Below, piece by piece: positions 48,240-62,496 of a stretch of 64,000 bases of DNA. A program made the translations under genes and the position numbers. Source of the DNA: Malacoraja senta (taxonomy: Eukaryota). Under the pieces are notes generated by a model that ran no database searches, was not told where the DNA came from, and saw only the letters and a program-made list of their open reading frames with translations. Position 1 is the stretch's first letter. Each line of letters opens with the position of its first letter. The stretch is taken from the NCBI GenBank assembly GCA_038087875.1, contig CM075998.1:1240001-1304000 (forward strand). The letters are read 5' to 3'.

Positions 48240-50999
48240 CAAAAAGTAAAAAATATTTGTTTATTCACATCCAAGGGATTTTATACTTTTCCCACATTGA
48301 AGTTAACCACAACTGAGCTCAGTCACATATCCATTTGCAGTGTATTTTACAAATAAAAGTACTTGTTGAATTAAGGCATCCATCTTCACATAAAAATTAA
48401 GTACAACTCAAGAGATCAAAAAGTGAACTTTTACATGTCATATGCAGTGCACAATTCAAAAATAAAAATCACAAAAACAATTAGTACAGGAGCATACAAG
48501 CAGGCTATCAGTGCAATAGGTGTTTATACAAAACCTACTTAGATGAGCATGTTAATCCAAATTTCATAAAAGGAATTAAATTGTCCATTTTGTACAGATT
48601 TGTGATGCAGCTTCAGGTGGTAAAGATGGAAGGACCACTTGCTTTGGAAGAGCAAGCAAACCATTCAGCCAGCAGTCAGGCAGTGAAAGTGAAAAATCAC
48701 CCCCAACACCTTAAATGCAACTTTGGAAAAGAATCTGTAAGTCATCTCCATTTACTCCAACTATTCAAAATGTAGTATGATGTTTCATCTGGAAAAGGGA
48801 ATCTATCCCAAGATGATGGTGACAGCTGCCTTGTAACAGAGGCCAGTGCCACAAATTTAAGATATAAATCACTTAAAAGGACACATGTCCTGGTAAACTG
48901 CAGTTTTTTTTTCTTACCATCAGAATTCAAACATCAGTGCTTAAACTTTGAATGCCTTAACCTTCCTGTTTAGGTGGCAGACAACAACATCTCATCCCTT
49001 GAATTACACTCAATCACCATGCACATTGAGACAATGAAACTATCAGAAGCTGTGGGAGCATTCAGATATTTTAAAAATAGGATTAAAATATAAAAACAAT
49101 AGATAAATTGTTGGCAACATCTCAAATGTAACTTGATAAAGTTTAGACTTCCCTTTGCTGCTGTATATTGGGGTTAAAATGGGCAGCTGCATCTTTAAAT
49201 GTAACCTCAGCCAAAACAAATATGGAACTGCATTGCTTCAACAGCCAACTAAACTAGTAATTTAGCCAATCTAAAGTATTATATTCTTTAATAATTTAGC
49301 TACTCGGGAAATGCAGGATTAGTAAGCATTATCCAACACAAACTCAACTGATACAATTTATTTGGAAATTTAGTAACTATCAATGTCCTAGTAACACCTT
49401 TAAGTCATGGATTAGGCCCAACTTGCCACTAGACCCGCTGCTGTGCTCAGCCAGCAGAGCCTGTCTGAACCATGAACTCTTTTTCCACTGATGCTGCTTT
49501 ACCCGAGTATTGGTGGCCTTTTCCGATTGATTCACAGTATTTTTATTGTTTTAATGTCACTGGCCCAAATATTTCTGGGTTTGAGGATAGTTCACAAGCA
49601 TAAGAAAGTTCTTGGGTCCATCTACTGTGCAACGAGCAACTGCTTTTCAAGAGCCGGCTGAAAGGATAAAAAATAGCAGATGCAGGCCACTAGGGTGATT
49701 GTCCATTCAACAAAGTCATCAGTAAAATGAGAGGTTGGGTAATTTTTAATAAGCACCAATCCACAATACAAACTTATTTTTAGATTCATCACTGACCTTG
49801 GCCTAATGTAATCTTACTCAAATGGGAGGAGGTCCTGTTTGAGAACAAGACCAAAAAATCTCTCAACCAACAAACAGCATCTGCTGTTAGTTATACTTGC
49901 CTTTGGCAGTTCAACCAGTGATATTTTACATGGCGACTTGCTGGAAGGGACAGATGAAAGTGGGGCATCTGGAATATGAGCAAACGAGGTAAGTGACAAA
50001 TGCATCTCCTTAACCAGATTGATGGATTGTGGCCTGAATAATGATGACGAAGGTGTATGGTAAAAAATTATAAAATGCAGAACATTTGAAAAGTATATCA
50101 GTGCAGATTGTTAGAGATGGTACATTTCCATGTCAAGGGAGAGAAGAATATTTAAGCAAACGAGAAGTCAGAAATAAAAAGTCTGAATATAAAAACTTAA
50201 AGGTTTGAGAATCCCCAGTGGTTAAAGGATTATTTATATCATTAGAAGGATTGTCTGGAAATAATTAGCACTTAATCCCTTTAAGGTGGTACTTGAACTT
50301 GGTACCTCTCGTGCAAGTGCAGGAACTTCACACCCTTCGATGCGTTTCAATACCAACACCAGTCCACAAGCAGACAGTGGAGCAGTGCATCTAAATGGAA
50401 CTTTAATGACCTCCTTTCGCTGTCCTTGATTAAGATGTCATAAACCATGCAAAAGCCGTGAACATCACCCTTATTTTGAGAGCAACCTCTGAACCTCTTG
50501 ATGTATTCAAGAGAGAGTTAGATATAGCTCTTAGGGCTAACAGAATCAAGGGATATGGGGAGAAAGCAGGAACGGGGTACTGATTTTGGATAATCAGCCA
50601 TGATCATATTGAATGGCAATGCTGGCTCGAAGGGCCAACTCCTGAACCTATTTAATATATTTCTTACTAAAGTGGTTATTTCCCACAGCAATAAATCTGC
50701 TCATGTGACTTGAAATGAAAAATAATACAATTCAAATAAAATCTCACGCTCCTCTAAAATGAAAAAAAATACTGGTCCAGAGCACATTGTTTCTTTTAAA
50801 TTAATTAATTTGTACTTCAAGTAAACATCTTTGTCTTCATCAGCATAGTCAGTACATCAGAGGAGGCAAGTTAATAGTCACAGGTTTTTGCATTCTGTCT
50901 GGCAGTTTGTCTGGCAATAACGAAAAAATCCTTGTCAACACAACGCACAGATGTCTTGGGTAAACATATATGGCCACTCCCTAGTCTTGCATTTAAGGT
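48240..50999 (-). other. LETMD1: Probable LETMD1 3'UTR; candidate poly(A) signal at 48265-48260
   Basis: Follows stop at 51000; TTTATT on the plus strand at 48260-48265. End point is tentative. Confidence 0.35.
50495..50665 (+). mobile_element. CR1 3' end fragment
   Basis: gatgtattcaagagagagttagatatagctctt...gatatggggagaaagcagg...ggctcgaagggcc. Confidence 0.75.
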
Positions 51000-51082
51000 T
51001 TACTTGCTTTTCTCTGGCAGCTTTTTGAGGTAATTTGTGGAAAGTAACACCATGCTGTGCAATAGCAGAGAGGCTTCAGAAT
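51000..51082 (-). CDS. LETMD1: LETMD1 last coding exon ([27 protein letters not shown])
   Basis: ttttag|AT..., TAA at 51002-51000. Confidence 0.92.
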
Positions 51083-54000
51083 CTAAAAGCAGAAAATAAA
51101 TTATTTTTAGAATTAGCAGATGATTAACTTACACACATTGTAGAAAACTGATCACTTTCCAACTCCTACATTGGCCACAATGGTTTCCTCCTATGCTCGA
51201 ACAGTTCAATTAATTCTAGAGAATGGAAGTTAGATTTCGTGAGAAGCCCTTTATGCAGGAAACATGGCTCACAATCTTTTGCAGTAAAAAGTTCACACCA
51301 CTGAACAATTACTTAATCACCAACAGGAGGATAAATGCACCGAACAGGTAACCTTTTAATTTACCTTTTAATTTCTTGGAAAGCTGGACCCATTTGATTA
51401 ACCAGTCCTTGCACTGTGCTGCATTCAGGTGCACCGAATTCAAACCTCTCACATAACATGCCTTGAAATCAGAAGCAAAAAGAAACAATGAGCAGGCCAA
51501 GCATGTTTGGGCACGCAAATCAAAGTACAGAGAAAGCAGCATTTTATTTTTATTAAACAGCGAACGGATTACCCTCTTCCAGTGTTACATTTACTTTGCT
51601 TCAGTGTACAAGAGAGCTTGTGTCTAAATTAATTATTTTAAAAGATCAAAATGCCAGCATATTTGGCTTGTATTACTGATGGACTCAAGTTGAGCCTCAC
51701 ATCTGAATTACAAATAGCTAACTTCATGCAAGACGATCACATGCCGTACACAGGCCTAACTTCAGCAGAAGTTTTCACAACAGTCTCATTATTCACCAGG
51801 GAAAAGTTTCATTCCAAAGCATTCATAACAAGTTACTCACCTGGTGGAGTAATGCAAGAGAAAACAACAAAAATAACATTTAAATGACTGGATTTACAAT
51901 AATAAAACTTATCCCTTCTTAACTTTGCAAAGGACAGTGATGAAGTTCACCGTTGTATTTTAAGACAATAGAGTAAAGTAGAAAACAAAGTATTTCCGAA
52001 CTTCCATGTCCCGCTATTGCCCATAGGTGCTTTCTACCCCCAATACTATTCTATAGTCCAAGCAACTGAGCAAGAGGACAATGCTTCCAGATCTATTTCA
52101 AAGTGTGCATAGGGCCCAGAAAATTAATATGAACTGATGCTGGAATCATGACATTACAGATTCTGGACTGTTGTCACATCATCCCCTTGAAAGTTTTATA
52201 GGCTGCCAGTTACTGGACACTGATCTGTATCAGGATGCCCGTTTGATGTTGCAATATTAATGAGGCTAGTGTCTTAGAAATATGGGGTGGGGTGGGGTGG
52301 GGGGGAGAGAGACAAAGGGGCCAATCAACCCTCCACCACATTCTGATTGCTCATTTTAAAACTGACCTCTCTAGCGCTAACATTTTCCAGACTCACAGCC
52401 TGCGGCAGCACAGTGGTGCAGCTAGTGGAGCTGCTGCCTCACATCTCCAGTAACCTAGGTCCAACCATGACTTCGGGTGCCATCTGTGCAAGTTTGTCCA
52501 TTCTCCCTGTGACTGTGGAGTTTGTCCATTCTCCATGGTTGCATGGGTCGAGTTTCCTCCCATATCTCAAAGATGAATGGGATAGTGGGTCAATTGGCCA
52601 CTGTAAATCGACCCTGGCATGTACTGGACAGTAGAATCCAGGGCGAGTTGCAGGAAACATGGAGAGAGTAAATGGGTGGTTGATGGGCAGCAAGGACATG
52701 GTGGGCTGAAGGGCCTAATTCTGTACAGCATGTTTCTATGAACTCTGCTCGAGGTCTTGAATTTCATTTCCATTCACACCACCATTGGTGATCATGCTGT
52801 CAGCAGATGAGACCGTATACCTCTCGAATTCCTTCCAAAAAGCTACACGCCACCCAACCAAGCTTTGTGTCCGCTTCTTACAATCTGCATCCATTTTTCA
52901 TCTAATTGCTGCTCTGCAAAACATTTCTCTACATTAAAAGCACTTTATAAAATGCAAGCTATTGCTGAGCAACTGGCTCCACACTCTCAACCTTTCAACT
53001 CACATTTCTCAGTTCATCCTCGGACAGCTCATGCAATCCTAAACTATTCAAAGCTTGGTCCAAATGACGGATTTCCATGATGTGGCTCCAGATACGATGG
53101 CGTAGGATGAAGGAGGGCATGTGCGGAGTGAGAAACATCACCCGACTAAAGATTTCCTAACAACATAACAGCAGGGTACAGGTCAATCAGCAACCATTCC
53201 CTTCATGCCTTTCATTTCAGAAGTCAAATGCACATGGCTCATTTAAAAAACCCACAGAATTTTACTTTGCAAAATATCCAACTCACTTGTGTTTAACAAT
53301 GTATTCTGTTATCTTAAAGACAAACGCATTGTTTTGCATAGTTCCACAGACTTACATTATTTAAATAGTTTCTAATGGGTCAACAGGAATAAACTCCTCT
53401 ACCACTTCCTTACCGCCTGCCGTGTATCAATGTGACGTATTGCTAGTGGATGTCCCAAGAACAGCTTTGCCACTATGTGTAGCTGAAAGATTTCCGGATG
53501 GATGCCATCCTGAACCTTGATTTAAAAACACAGAACAGTGGATCACAAATACACTCAACAGCCTCAAAATACAGCTTACTGCAATCAGAAACTGGGTCAG
53601 TAACTCCCCACCCACATTCAAAGCTGGGTTACTATCTCAAAATAGCTGCTGTGTCAGTGGAAAAAATACAACTGAAACTTCATGAGGATTAGAAATTTGA
53701 TAGAAGCACAGAGTATGAACCCACCGCACCCAATGACCCTTCAAATCTGACAAGGCTCCGCCCTCCCTTTACCAATAATCCAAAGGATGTCTTTGGTGGT
53801 GGTGGGGGGGGGGGGGGAAGGGTGAGGGTGCAGAACAATTACCCCTGCTGAGGTAGGATGTCCCTTTGAGGTAGGGCAAGGCTCTATCATGCTAACCCCA
53901 AACCTGAGAATAGGACTTTGAGAAATAATATTTGATTACATATCAGGTATGGATGAGGAGACAACCGGCAAATCTTGTGAGCTTGGCATGTTTTTCCTTC

Positions 54001-57000
54001 ATTTTGGGACACTCCTTTTTCTTTGGTCAAGTCTTCATTGACTAAACCTCTGCATTTCCCACTTAAGTGGCCATTTTTAATTTATTTTATTCACTAATTC
54101 ACTAGATCCAAGTTGATTACTTTGGAACAGGCACTTTTAATAACAGAAACATTTCCATCATTTATAATAGAACCTTTATGTCCAGAACAATTTCTGACAC
54201 ACCAGTGTGTGAACATATGAAACGGATACAGGAGGCAGTTGCACAGCAGTGGAGTCCACATCACCATTCATGGTTGATCTGATTTCGGCCTTGTTTCAAA
54301 TTTCACTGCGCCAATTGGTGGTAATAAATGTCCTTTGTACCTTTGTTTGTCTCCATTTTGCCTGCTCTACATAAACTTTGGTTCACATACACATTCTTCC
54401 TTTAGATCTTATTCTATTTGCTAGCCAAATGGTGAATAGATCGACCTGTCTCGCAAATTATAGTGGTCACATTACCTAGTTGCCAGAGGTTGATCAAAAA
54501 ACTTGGGATACATTTTCACTTCCTTCCCTAACCCCCCCTCCATTACACAGGACCACATATTAGCCTTTTACCTTCTCGGTAACATTGGGAGTACAACAGC
54601 AGAAGATCAAAAACAAGTCTGCATCTTGTCACCTGAAAAGTGCTTGATCCAAGGTAATAAGCTTGGAAATAACGTTTCTCAAGTTTCATTCATTGGTGTA
54701 CGTACTTTGTTGCCAAGAGTTAACAGCTGTTTTTTCAGTTGTTTGTCTTTAACTTTTGAGGCTGCTTTGATTAAACCACTCACAGCATCTGGGTAAACCT
54801 GAGCCCGGAACGAGTGGTAGATTTCCTTAAATTCCTGATGTTGATCGTGGGTCCAGAAGTGACTTATTAAGAACTGCCGTGGAAAGAAATACCTACAAAT
54901 AAAATCATGTGCAGACTTAGTCTTAGGAAATGTATGTGTTCCCACAGTTCAATGTTGAAGGTAAGTTGAAGATGCACCACCTGATCAAACCTCCACCACT
55001 TCCAGTGGCTTTAAATGTTTGTTAGGCTCACAACTTAAAACGAGAGGCCATTCTACCAAAGATCACCACTCAAAATATGAGAATTATATAACATTGGACA
55101 GTTAATCATGCCTACCACATATTACAAACAAACATAATTCAGAATAATACTTCTGACGATAGTGTATTGTTTCACAGAATGAAACATGGACAAACATCTC
55201 TCTCCGCACCTCCCAACCTCTGTTATGTTCAAGTACTACTCATGTGAGGCCACAGGGAAGGAGGAAAGTTCACTTTTACACACCTCTTAGTTGCTACAAG
55301 ATGAGAGAGTACATCCTGGAGTGGGACTGACTGTACAGCTCTTTGAAAGACCTGGTGCAGGAATGATGGGGTTATTGCTGTCCTGCAAGATTCTATGATT
55401 CAGGCAATTTAATTGATTTTCAGAATTATTACTTTCCACCAGGGGGCATGACTCAACTAAAGCCAAAGAATTATAATGCATGGTAATTCCTCAAATCTCC
55501 AGAACTTTGCTTTGCAATCTGATACATAGGTTAGAGCATCAAACAGACACAATCAACGGCCGGTATTAACTATGCTTTCTAAACAGCCCAACAGCATTAT
55601 GACAGTTAGCATTGGAATTGCCTTTTATTTTAAAAGTGAATTTTATAGCAATGTTATCAACACACTACTATAGTTAATGTACTCAGTTTTAAATCTTTGA
55701 TCACAAATCCTGTATATTTAAAAATATGGCTGGATTATCACAAGTGATCAGTGCCCAACTGTAGAACATTAATAAAAATTCTTGAAATACTTACATCAAT
55801 ACGAACACAATATAGTTTGCAAATGGCGGAATGGCGAGAAGCACTACTGGTATTACCTTTATAACATCTCTGCGAAACTGGAAAATAAAACACTTGTACA
55901 GTTAATGTCAAAAACTCAGTTCACTCACAGGTAGCCAGTCTCCACCTTCTAACCATCCCTCCTACCCCAAACTATACAGAAAAACTGCTTAAAAATATCT
56001 GCTCTGGTCTACTTTTGCAGTTTGGTCTACAAGTTCTGTGACTCATAAGCAGGAGAAAGCAGATAGAAAGGACAGGCCTTCACTTATGCTATGGAAAAGT
56101 CTCTCACCTGTCTTAATTTTTCCATTTCCCTGTAAGGCAGCTGGTTGTACTTTAGTCCTTTATTGGCCATCTTATACTTTATTCCATTAACTTCCTTGAA
56201 GTCAAGATACAATAGACGAAAACCTACGAGATAAGCAAAGTGAAGAGTTATCATTGTAGAAAGTGCAATTACTATTAATGATATTTGACAAGATAACTAT
56301 TATTTTTATATTTCACAAAAGCAGCAATCTGCTAGGATCAGGAATGAACACCCTGATAGGATGACAGAAGCAACATTCAGAAGGGAATTTGAAATGAAAG
56401 GGAAAATTGCAGGCCTGTGGGGAGAACAGACAGTCCTTTCAAAGCCCCGAGTCTGAAGAAGGGTCTCGACCCAAAACGTCACCCATTCCTTCTCTCCAGA
56501 GATGCTGCCTGTCCCGCTGTGTTACTCCAGCATTTTGTGTCTACCCTCTTTCAAAGACCTGGCAGATATGCAAGGGGCTGAACAGCCTTTTATGTCACAA
56601 GATTCAATAAAAGAAAGGCAGTCATGCAACTCCATAATGCATTTCACAACAAAGGTTCAAGTGCTTTGTGCCCAAATTAAGTACCTGCTGTAATGGAGGA
56701 AACTTTGCAGCAAGTTACACACAAGCATAAACAGCAACGCGATCATGGCGAGATTGTTCTTTAATGATGCTGTACCAATGATAGCAGTAAAAGTGGATTT
56801 TGCGAGAGATGGTTATTTACAAATGCACAGCACAGGAACACAAGAGGCTGCAGAGTGGAGGACGCAACCTGGTCCATCACGGGAACAACCATCCTCGCCA
56901 TCAAAAGCATCTACATGCCTCAAGAAGGGTGCAGGTCAGGGAAGTGGAACCGGTCCAGAAAATAATACCAGCAGCCAGAAAGCACCCAAGAACAGACCAG

Positions 57001-60000
57001 AAAATAGGAGTCGTCGGCCACTTGACACCTCAAGCCTGCCCAGCCATTCAATATGGCCATGGTGATCTACCCAATGGGCCTCTTCTGTGCTAGGCCCATA
57101 TTGTCCTTCACACCCTGATCTTTCAAAAAAGTACCCACCTCTTTAAATACCCCCAGTGGTCTATCCCCCATAACCCTCTGTGGACGAAATTCCAGAGGTT
57201 CACTATTTTCTTCAAGAATAAATTCCTGTGCACTCCAGTTTTAAACGATCAACTCCTTGCAACTACAACTCTCCAAGAGTGGAAACATCTCGACAGCCGC
57301 CTGTCAAGCACCTGTAGGATCATATAGGTTTTAATATGATCAGCTCTCATTCTTGCAAACTCCAAAGACGACAGATCAAACATTTTTGGCTGTTCATAAT
57401 AAAATAATCTTTTCTTCCCTGTAATCAGCAGAGTGATTCTCTACTGGACTGCCTTCAATGTCAGCATGCCCTTCTTGAAATATGGGGAAACAATACAGTC
57501 ATCCATGAACAGCATCAATATCATCTTGTACAATTGTAATAATACCTCTGAATGCCAAACTCTTTGCAAGAAAGACCAATATGCCATTTGATTTCCTAAC
57601 TACTTTGCTGTACCTGCACTCTAACATTTTGTTTTGTACACAATAATGGTTTGATCCCACTATATTCCACTCGTGCAGTATCTCTTAATTTAGATAATAG
57701 GAAAGTGTGAGGTTGGGAATTAAAAAGCAGACTATTATCTAATATTATACTCCATTTGCCAGTTTTCACGCACTCGCTCAACCAAACTATATATTATTGC
57801 AGAGTCTAAATATCCTCATCACAGTTTACACGACTGTTCTGCTGCTGCAAGAATTTCATTGTTCCATAGTCTGTACATATGACAATTATGTACTCTCGAC
57901 TCTCACCTGTATTTATATTATCAGCAAAACTGGATACCTTACACTCTGGCCCTTCCTCCAAGGCATTAATATAAATCATAAATAATTCAGGAACAAAAAC
58001 TGACACTTGTGGCCCTTCCATTGTCATATCCTTTTAGCCTGAAAAAGAAACATATTCTGACAGATATTCTGTTTGACAATAGACAATAGGTGTAGGAGTA
58101 GGCCATTCGGCCCTTTGTGCCAGCACCGCCATTCAATGTGATCATGGCTAATTATCCACATTCAGTACACCGTTCCTGCCTTCTCACCATATCCCCTGAC
58201 TCCGCTATCTTTCAGAGCTCTATCGAACTCTCTCTTGAAAGCATCCAGAGAATTGGTCTCCACTGCCTTCTGAGGCAGAGAATTCCACAGATTCACAACT
58301 CTCTGGGTGGAAATTCTTTTCCTCATCTCCGTTCTAAATGGCCTACCTCTTATTCTTAAACTGTGGCCCCTGGTTCTGGACTCCCCCAACATCGGGAACA
58401 TATTTCCTGCCTCCAGCGTTTCCAATCCATTAATAATCTTATGTTTCAATAAGATCCCCTCTCATCCTTCTAAATTCCAGAGTATACAAGTCCATATGTT
58501 CTATCAACATATGATAGTCCCGCCATCCCGTGAATTAACCTCGTGAACCTACGCTGCACTCCCTCAATAGCAAGAATGTCCTTCCTCAAATTTGGAGACC
58601 AAAACTGCACACAATCTCACCAGGGCCCTGTACAACTGCAGAAGGACCTCTTTGCTCCTATACTCAACTCCTCTTGTTATGAAGGCCAACATGCCTTTAG
58701 CTTTCTTCACTGCCTGCTGTACCTGCATGCTTACTTTCAGTGACTGATGAACAAGGACCCCCAGATCTCTTTGTACTTCCACCTTTTCCCAACTTGGCAC
58801 CATTCAGATATTATTCTGCCTTCCTGTTTTTGCCACCAAAGTGGATAACCTCACATTTATCCACATTAAACTGCAAATGCCATGCATCTGCGCCTCACCC
58901 AACCTGTCCAAGTCACCCTCCATCCTCATAGCATCCTCCTCACAGTTCACCCTGCCACCCAGCTTTGTGTCATCTGCAAATTTGTTAATGTTACTTTGAC
59001 AGTGAGTCTTCATTCAATTCATATTAACACTCACCACCCCCACCCCCTTCCACACCTTTATTGCGAGCTTGTATCTTGTGCACGGGGCCTTTGTGTCGTC
59101 TTAAGTCCCTTCTGGATTACCAAAGCCACCTACCTCATTTACAGGTTCCCCTCAACTGGCTCTGCTGATAACATCCTCAGAACTCCAGAGACTCAGCACC
59201 CTCCTATCGACTTGTTACATGTGGGTAAGATAATAATATTGGACATGGGACAGAGTGATCAAGCCACATCAAAATTTGATTCTTTCAAAATGTCAAATAT
59301 TAACAATTTGAAAAGAGAACTTGAAATAAAGCCCTTGATCGCTTCTTGCTCTCCCCTACAATGGCTAAACAACAATTCATTCTTCCATTCTAAATACCTT
59401 AGGATAATTTAGAAAGTTAAGGCACAATATAAATAAAAGTCACTTGCTGAATGTGGTCACTAAATAGCAATGACTGACTGGATCCTTTTCTTCCCTTTCT
59501 GGGAGCCACTGTATCATCCTGAACGGTGTCACATCCACAAATGTACAACATACAACCACAGTTCCATCCAAGATGGGCTTATACTACAGAATCCAAATCA
59601 AATCCTTTTGTCTCTAAAAATGTACAACATTACGACAGATAATACTTTTACTTGCTGAGACAGCTGCAACTGTACAGACTTTGTTAATAGTTGATTCCAT
59701 CAATATTTAATGGTCAACACAAACTGTAGAGATGTGCATTAAATGTAATTCTGACTTTCTCCCCTACAGAGTATTTCGCTGCCAAATCAAGTTATGTGCC
59801 CCCCCCCCACCCTCTTCTCCCAACATTTTTGTCATGTTTACTGGTGAAACATTATTAACATCTTCTGGTTACTAACTTACCTCGGAAAAAAGTTGAATAG
59901 ATACCATAAAAACGCGGAAAGTTTATTTCCAGAAATTTTTCATATTTTGCATTCATACGTTTGGCCTTTGAGATGATAGCTGAACTTAAAGTACTCCTCT

Positions 60001-60041
60001 TCGCTGTTGTGAAAAATTGTGACAACTGGTGACTAGTAAGC
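51000..60041 (-). CDS. LETMD1: LETM1 domain-containing protein 1 (8 coding exons in window; first exon beyond 64000)
   Basis: Exons 60041-59881, 56223-56108, 55877-55795, 54892-54706, 53515-53414, 53156-53004, 51461-51365, 51082-51000; all GT/AG with matching phases. Peptide includes FPRFY, [66 protein letters not shown], matching recalled human LETMD1. Confidence 0.95.
51365..51461 (-). CDS. LETMD1: LETMD1 exon (ACYVRGLNS...WVQLSKKLK)
   Basis: ttcaag|GCA...G|gtaaa, 97 nt. Confidence 0.92.
52400..52745 (+). mobile_element. tRNA-derived SINE (HE1-like) with CR1-type tail
   Basis: A-box-like gtggtgcagctagtgg, central tttcctcccatatctcaaag, tail ggtgggctgaagggcc...tttctatg. Confidence 0.7.
53004..53156 (-). 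CDS. LETMD1: LETMD1 exon (EIFSRVMFLTPHMP...LSEDELRN)
   Basis: ttag|GAA...AAT|gtgagt, 153 nt. Confidence 0.92.
53414..53515 (-). CDS. LETMD1: LETMD1 exon (VQDGIHPEIF...IDTRQA)
   Basis: tcaag|GTT...GCG|gtaagg, 102 nt. Confidence 0.88.
54706..54892 (-). CDS. LETMD1: LETMD1 exon ([14 protein letters not shown]...LLTLGNK)
   Basis: tttgtag|G...AAA|gtacgt, 187 nt. Confidence 0.93.
55795..55877 (-). CDS. LETMD1: LETMD1 exon ([28 protein letters not shown])
   Basis: ttccag|TTT...AT|gtaagt, 83 nt. Confidence 0.93.
56108..56223 (-). CDS. LETMD1: LETMD1 exon (GFRLLYLDF...[11 protein letters not shown])
   Basis: cgtag|GT...CAG|gtgag, 116 nt. Confidence 0.92.
56450..56545 (+). mobile_element. Penelope-derived short repeat (further copies ~16928-17025, 20310-20440, 29295-29420, 35768-35880, 62390-62495)
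   Basis: gtctgaagaagggtctcgacccaaaacgtcacccattccttctctccagagatgctgcctgtcccgctg. Confidence 0.7.
57050..58050 (-). mobile_element. Old CR1 LINE fragment (similar remnants at ~60170-60850, 61800-62370, 34860-35260)
   Basis: LFMIYINALEEGPECKVSSFAD. Confidence 0.6.
58075..59000 (-). mobile_element. Young CR1 LINE 3' fragment
   Basis: KFADDTKLGG, QRDLGVLVHQSLKV, TRGHSLRIRG...LWNSLPQ. Confidence 0.9.
59881..60041 (-). CDS. LETMD1: LETMD1 exon (LTSHQLSQFF...FPRFYGIYSTFFR)
   Basis: ccgcag|G...G|gtaag, 161 nt. Confidence 0.88.
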
Positions 60042-62496
60042 CTGCGGTGGGATGGAGTATTGGTGGCGAGGGAAATAAAATAAGAAAGTTATCAATTAAT
60101 CTGTTAGCAGTTTTACCACAAAGTATGCTGTTACTTTTCAACTATACTCAGAAAGGATCATAGAAATGTAAAGCAGAGAAGGAGGCCATTTGACAGAGTA
60201 CAAGCTATCCATCTTAATCACGGGCCCCAATTCTCTTAGTCCACAGCCTTGTGTAGACAAGTCAAGTGCCCGTCCAGCATCTTTTTAAAGATGCTAAGGG
60301 TATCTGACAGTGAGATGCAGACCTCCAGGCACTCGGGGAGCGGTAATTTATTCTGCACTCCCCTCTATTCCTTCTTCTGATTATCTTAAATCAATGCCGC
60401 TCGATTACTGACTTCCCTTTTTAAATTTCCCCTTGCTCTCTGTTCCAGAAAAAAACAGCCCTAGTCTGTCTCATCTAAAATTAAAAAATCTAAAACATCT
60501 AAAATTTCTTAGGCCTTGCAACATTCTTGAAGATCTGTCAGTACAATCATGTCCATTCTGCACTTTGGTAAGCCATATTCTACACATTTTTCTAGCTGTC
60601 ATCTAACTAACATTTTATACAATTCTCAAAACTTCCTTGCTCATATTCAGAACTTTGGCATATAAAGGAATGTCCCATGTGTCTTCATAAACATATTTTC
60701 TTCCTGTTTTTCTTTGAGCTTCAGGGATCTTTAGATTATACATTTCAAAGTTCCTCTGTCCCTCTAGATTTCCCAGTTTCCTGCTACTTATCAAGCATCC
60801 CTTTATCTTGTTTACTTTCCCCCAAAACATTGCTTCACACCTTCAGCAGATTGAATTTCATCCCTCCCTTCCTTGTCCTTGAATACCTCCCATTGCTCCG
60901 ACACGAATTTACCTTCAGGTTGAACAGAGGAAAAGGAAGAATGCAGCACTAGAAAACCAGGTCCTGAACTGACCCATGCACATGCAGATTCCAGTCACTA
61001 ATTAGCAATCAAGGCATGGCACTTTGGCCAACTTTCCTTAAAGCACCAAGTCTTATTAAACCTGTTGCTGGTCTGGCCAAGATCAGCTAACACAACCCCG
61101 ACTAGGAAATAACAATCTCCTGGATTCATTTATTTGTTCACTTCACCTTCATTATCGAAAAGCATCTCACTTTAAAAAAAAAAGACCATTGTCAAGATTG
61201 AGATTTAAACTCTTGATGCATTTTTAGAAAACAAAATGCTTATTTTGCGCTCAGGTGCTTTTAGAACATTGTAAGCAACCTGTACATTTCCAGTTGTTTT
61301 TCTGATGCATTTGCTTTTGCGCTAGGAAACTTTTATAAGGTAATCAAAGATAAGAGACAAAATGCTGTAGTCAGACTGCACTGACCATTTCTACTGAAAA
61401 TGCTTTGCGCTCAAGTGCTGTTATAAAACACTCCAGAATTATACTGGTCATCAGAAAGACACTGGTCCTCAAATGGCAAACTGACTGCAGATTCAGTTAT
61501 ATAAGGATTTTTAAGTAACGTACTCAAAATAAGATTGACATTAATGCACACACCTGCACAGCTAGGCACACCTGTCAAGACAAAATGTTGCACTGATGGA
61601 ATAGCTCAATTACCACCTTACACAATTACACAAAGGTCACCAACCTGAAACATTAACTATTTGCCCACTCCAGCAGTTTATATTGTTACGTTTATGACAC
61701 TTGTTTGTCCGTTAATAATTTAAATGCCCTACCTGTATCCTATGCAATGTTAATTATACCCCAACCGGGAGTAGGCAGCTCTCACTTGTGTTGGAGACCC
61801 CGACAAGGACAGAAGTAGTATTAGTCAGCCATTCAGCCCTTCATGCCTGCTCTGCATTCAGAAAAAACATGGCTCATCTTTTACCTCTTGCACTAATCAA
61901 ATCCCTGTAACACCATTACAACTAATCCATTACAGCCCCTCAACTAGAAAACTACCCATTCATTCCTATTCTGTTTTCTGTCCATAAACCAATTTTCAAT
62001 CCACACCAGCATATTACCGCAGTCCCACATGCTCTCACTTTGTTTACTCACATGCGGTGCTTTGAAGCCCAAATGAACAATAGCAATTGCTTTCCCATCT
62101 GTTCTGCTGCTCACAATCCCAAAACTGATTTGTAAAACACAACCTCCCTTTCCTAAATCCTTGATGACTCTGCCAGTCGAACCTCTTTACTCAAAGCCTC
62201 TCACAACGAAAGCTATCATACCATTTGCCCATTAACAACTTCCCATACCTTCATATTAGTCTTAAGTTTCTTAAACACCCCAGTTCCCTTTGAACAACAA
62301 CTTTCTAATCTGTCACCATTTAAATAAACTCTGCTTTCCTATTTTGTGCACCATGGCAGATGATCTGTCAAAAGGACAGTGTTGGATTAACACACCAGGT
62401 CAGGCAGCATCTATGGAGAACATGGATAGGTGACTTTTCAGGTTGGGATGTCTGAAGAAGGATCCCAACTCGAAATATCATCTATCCATGTTCTCA

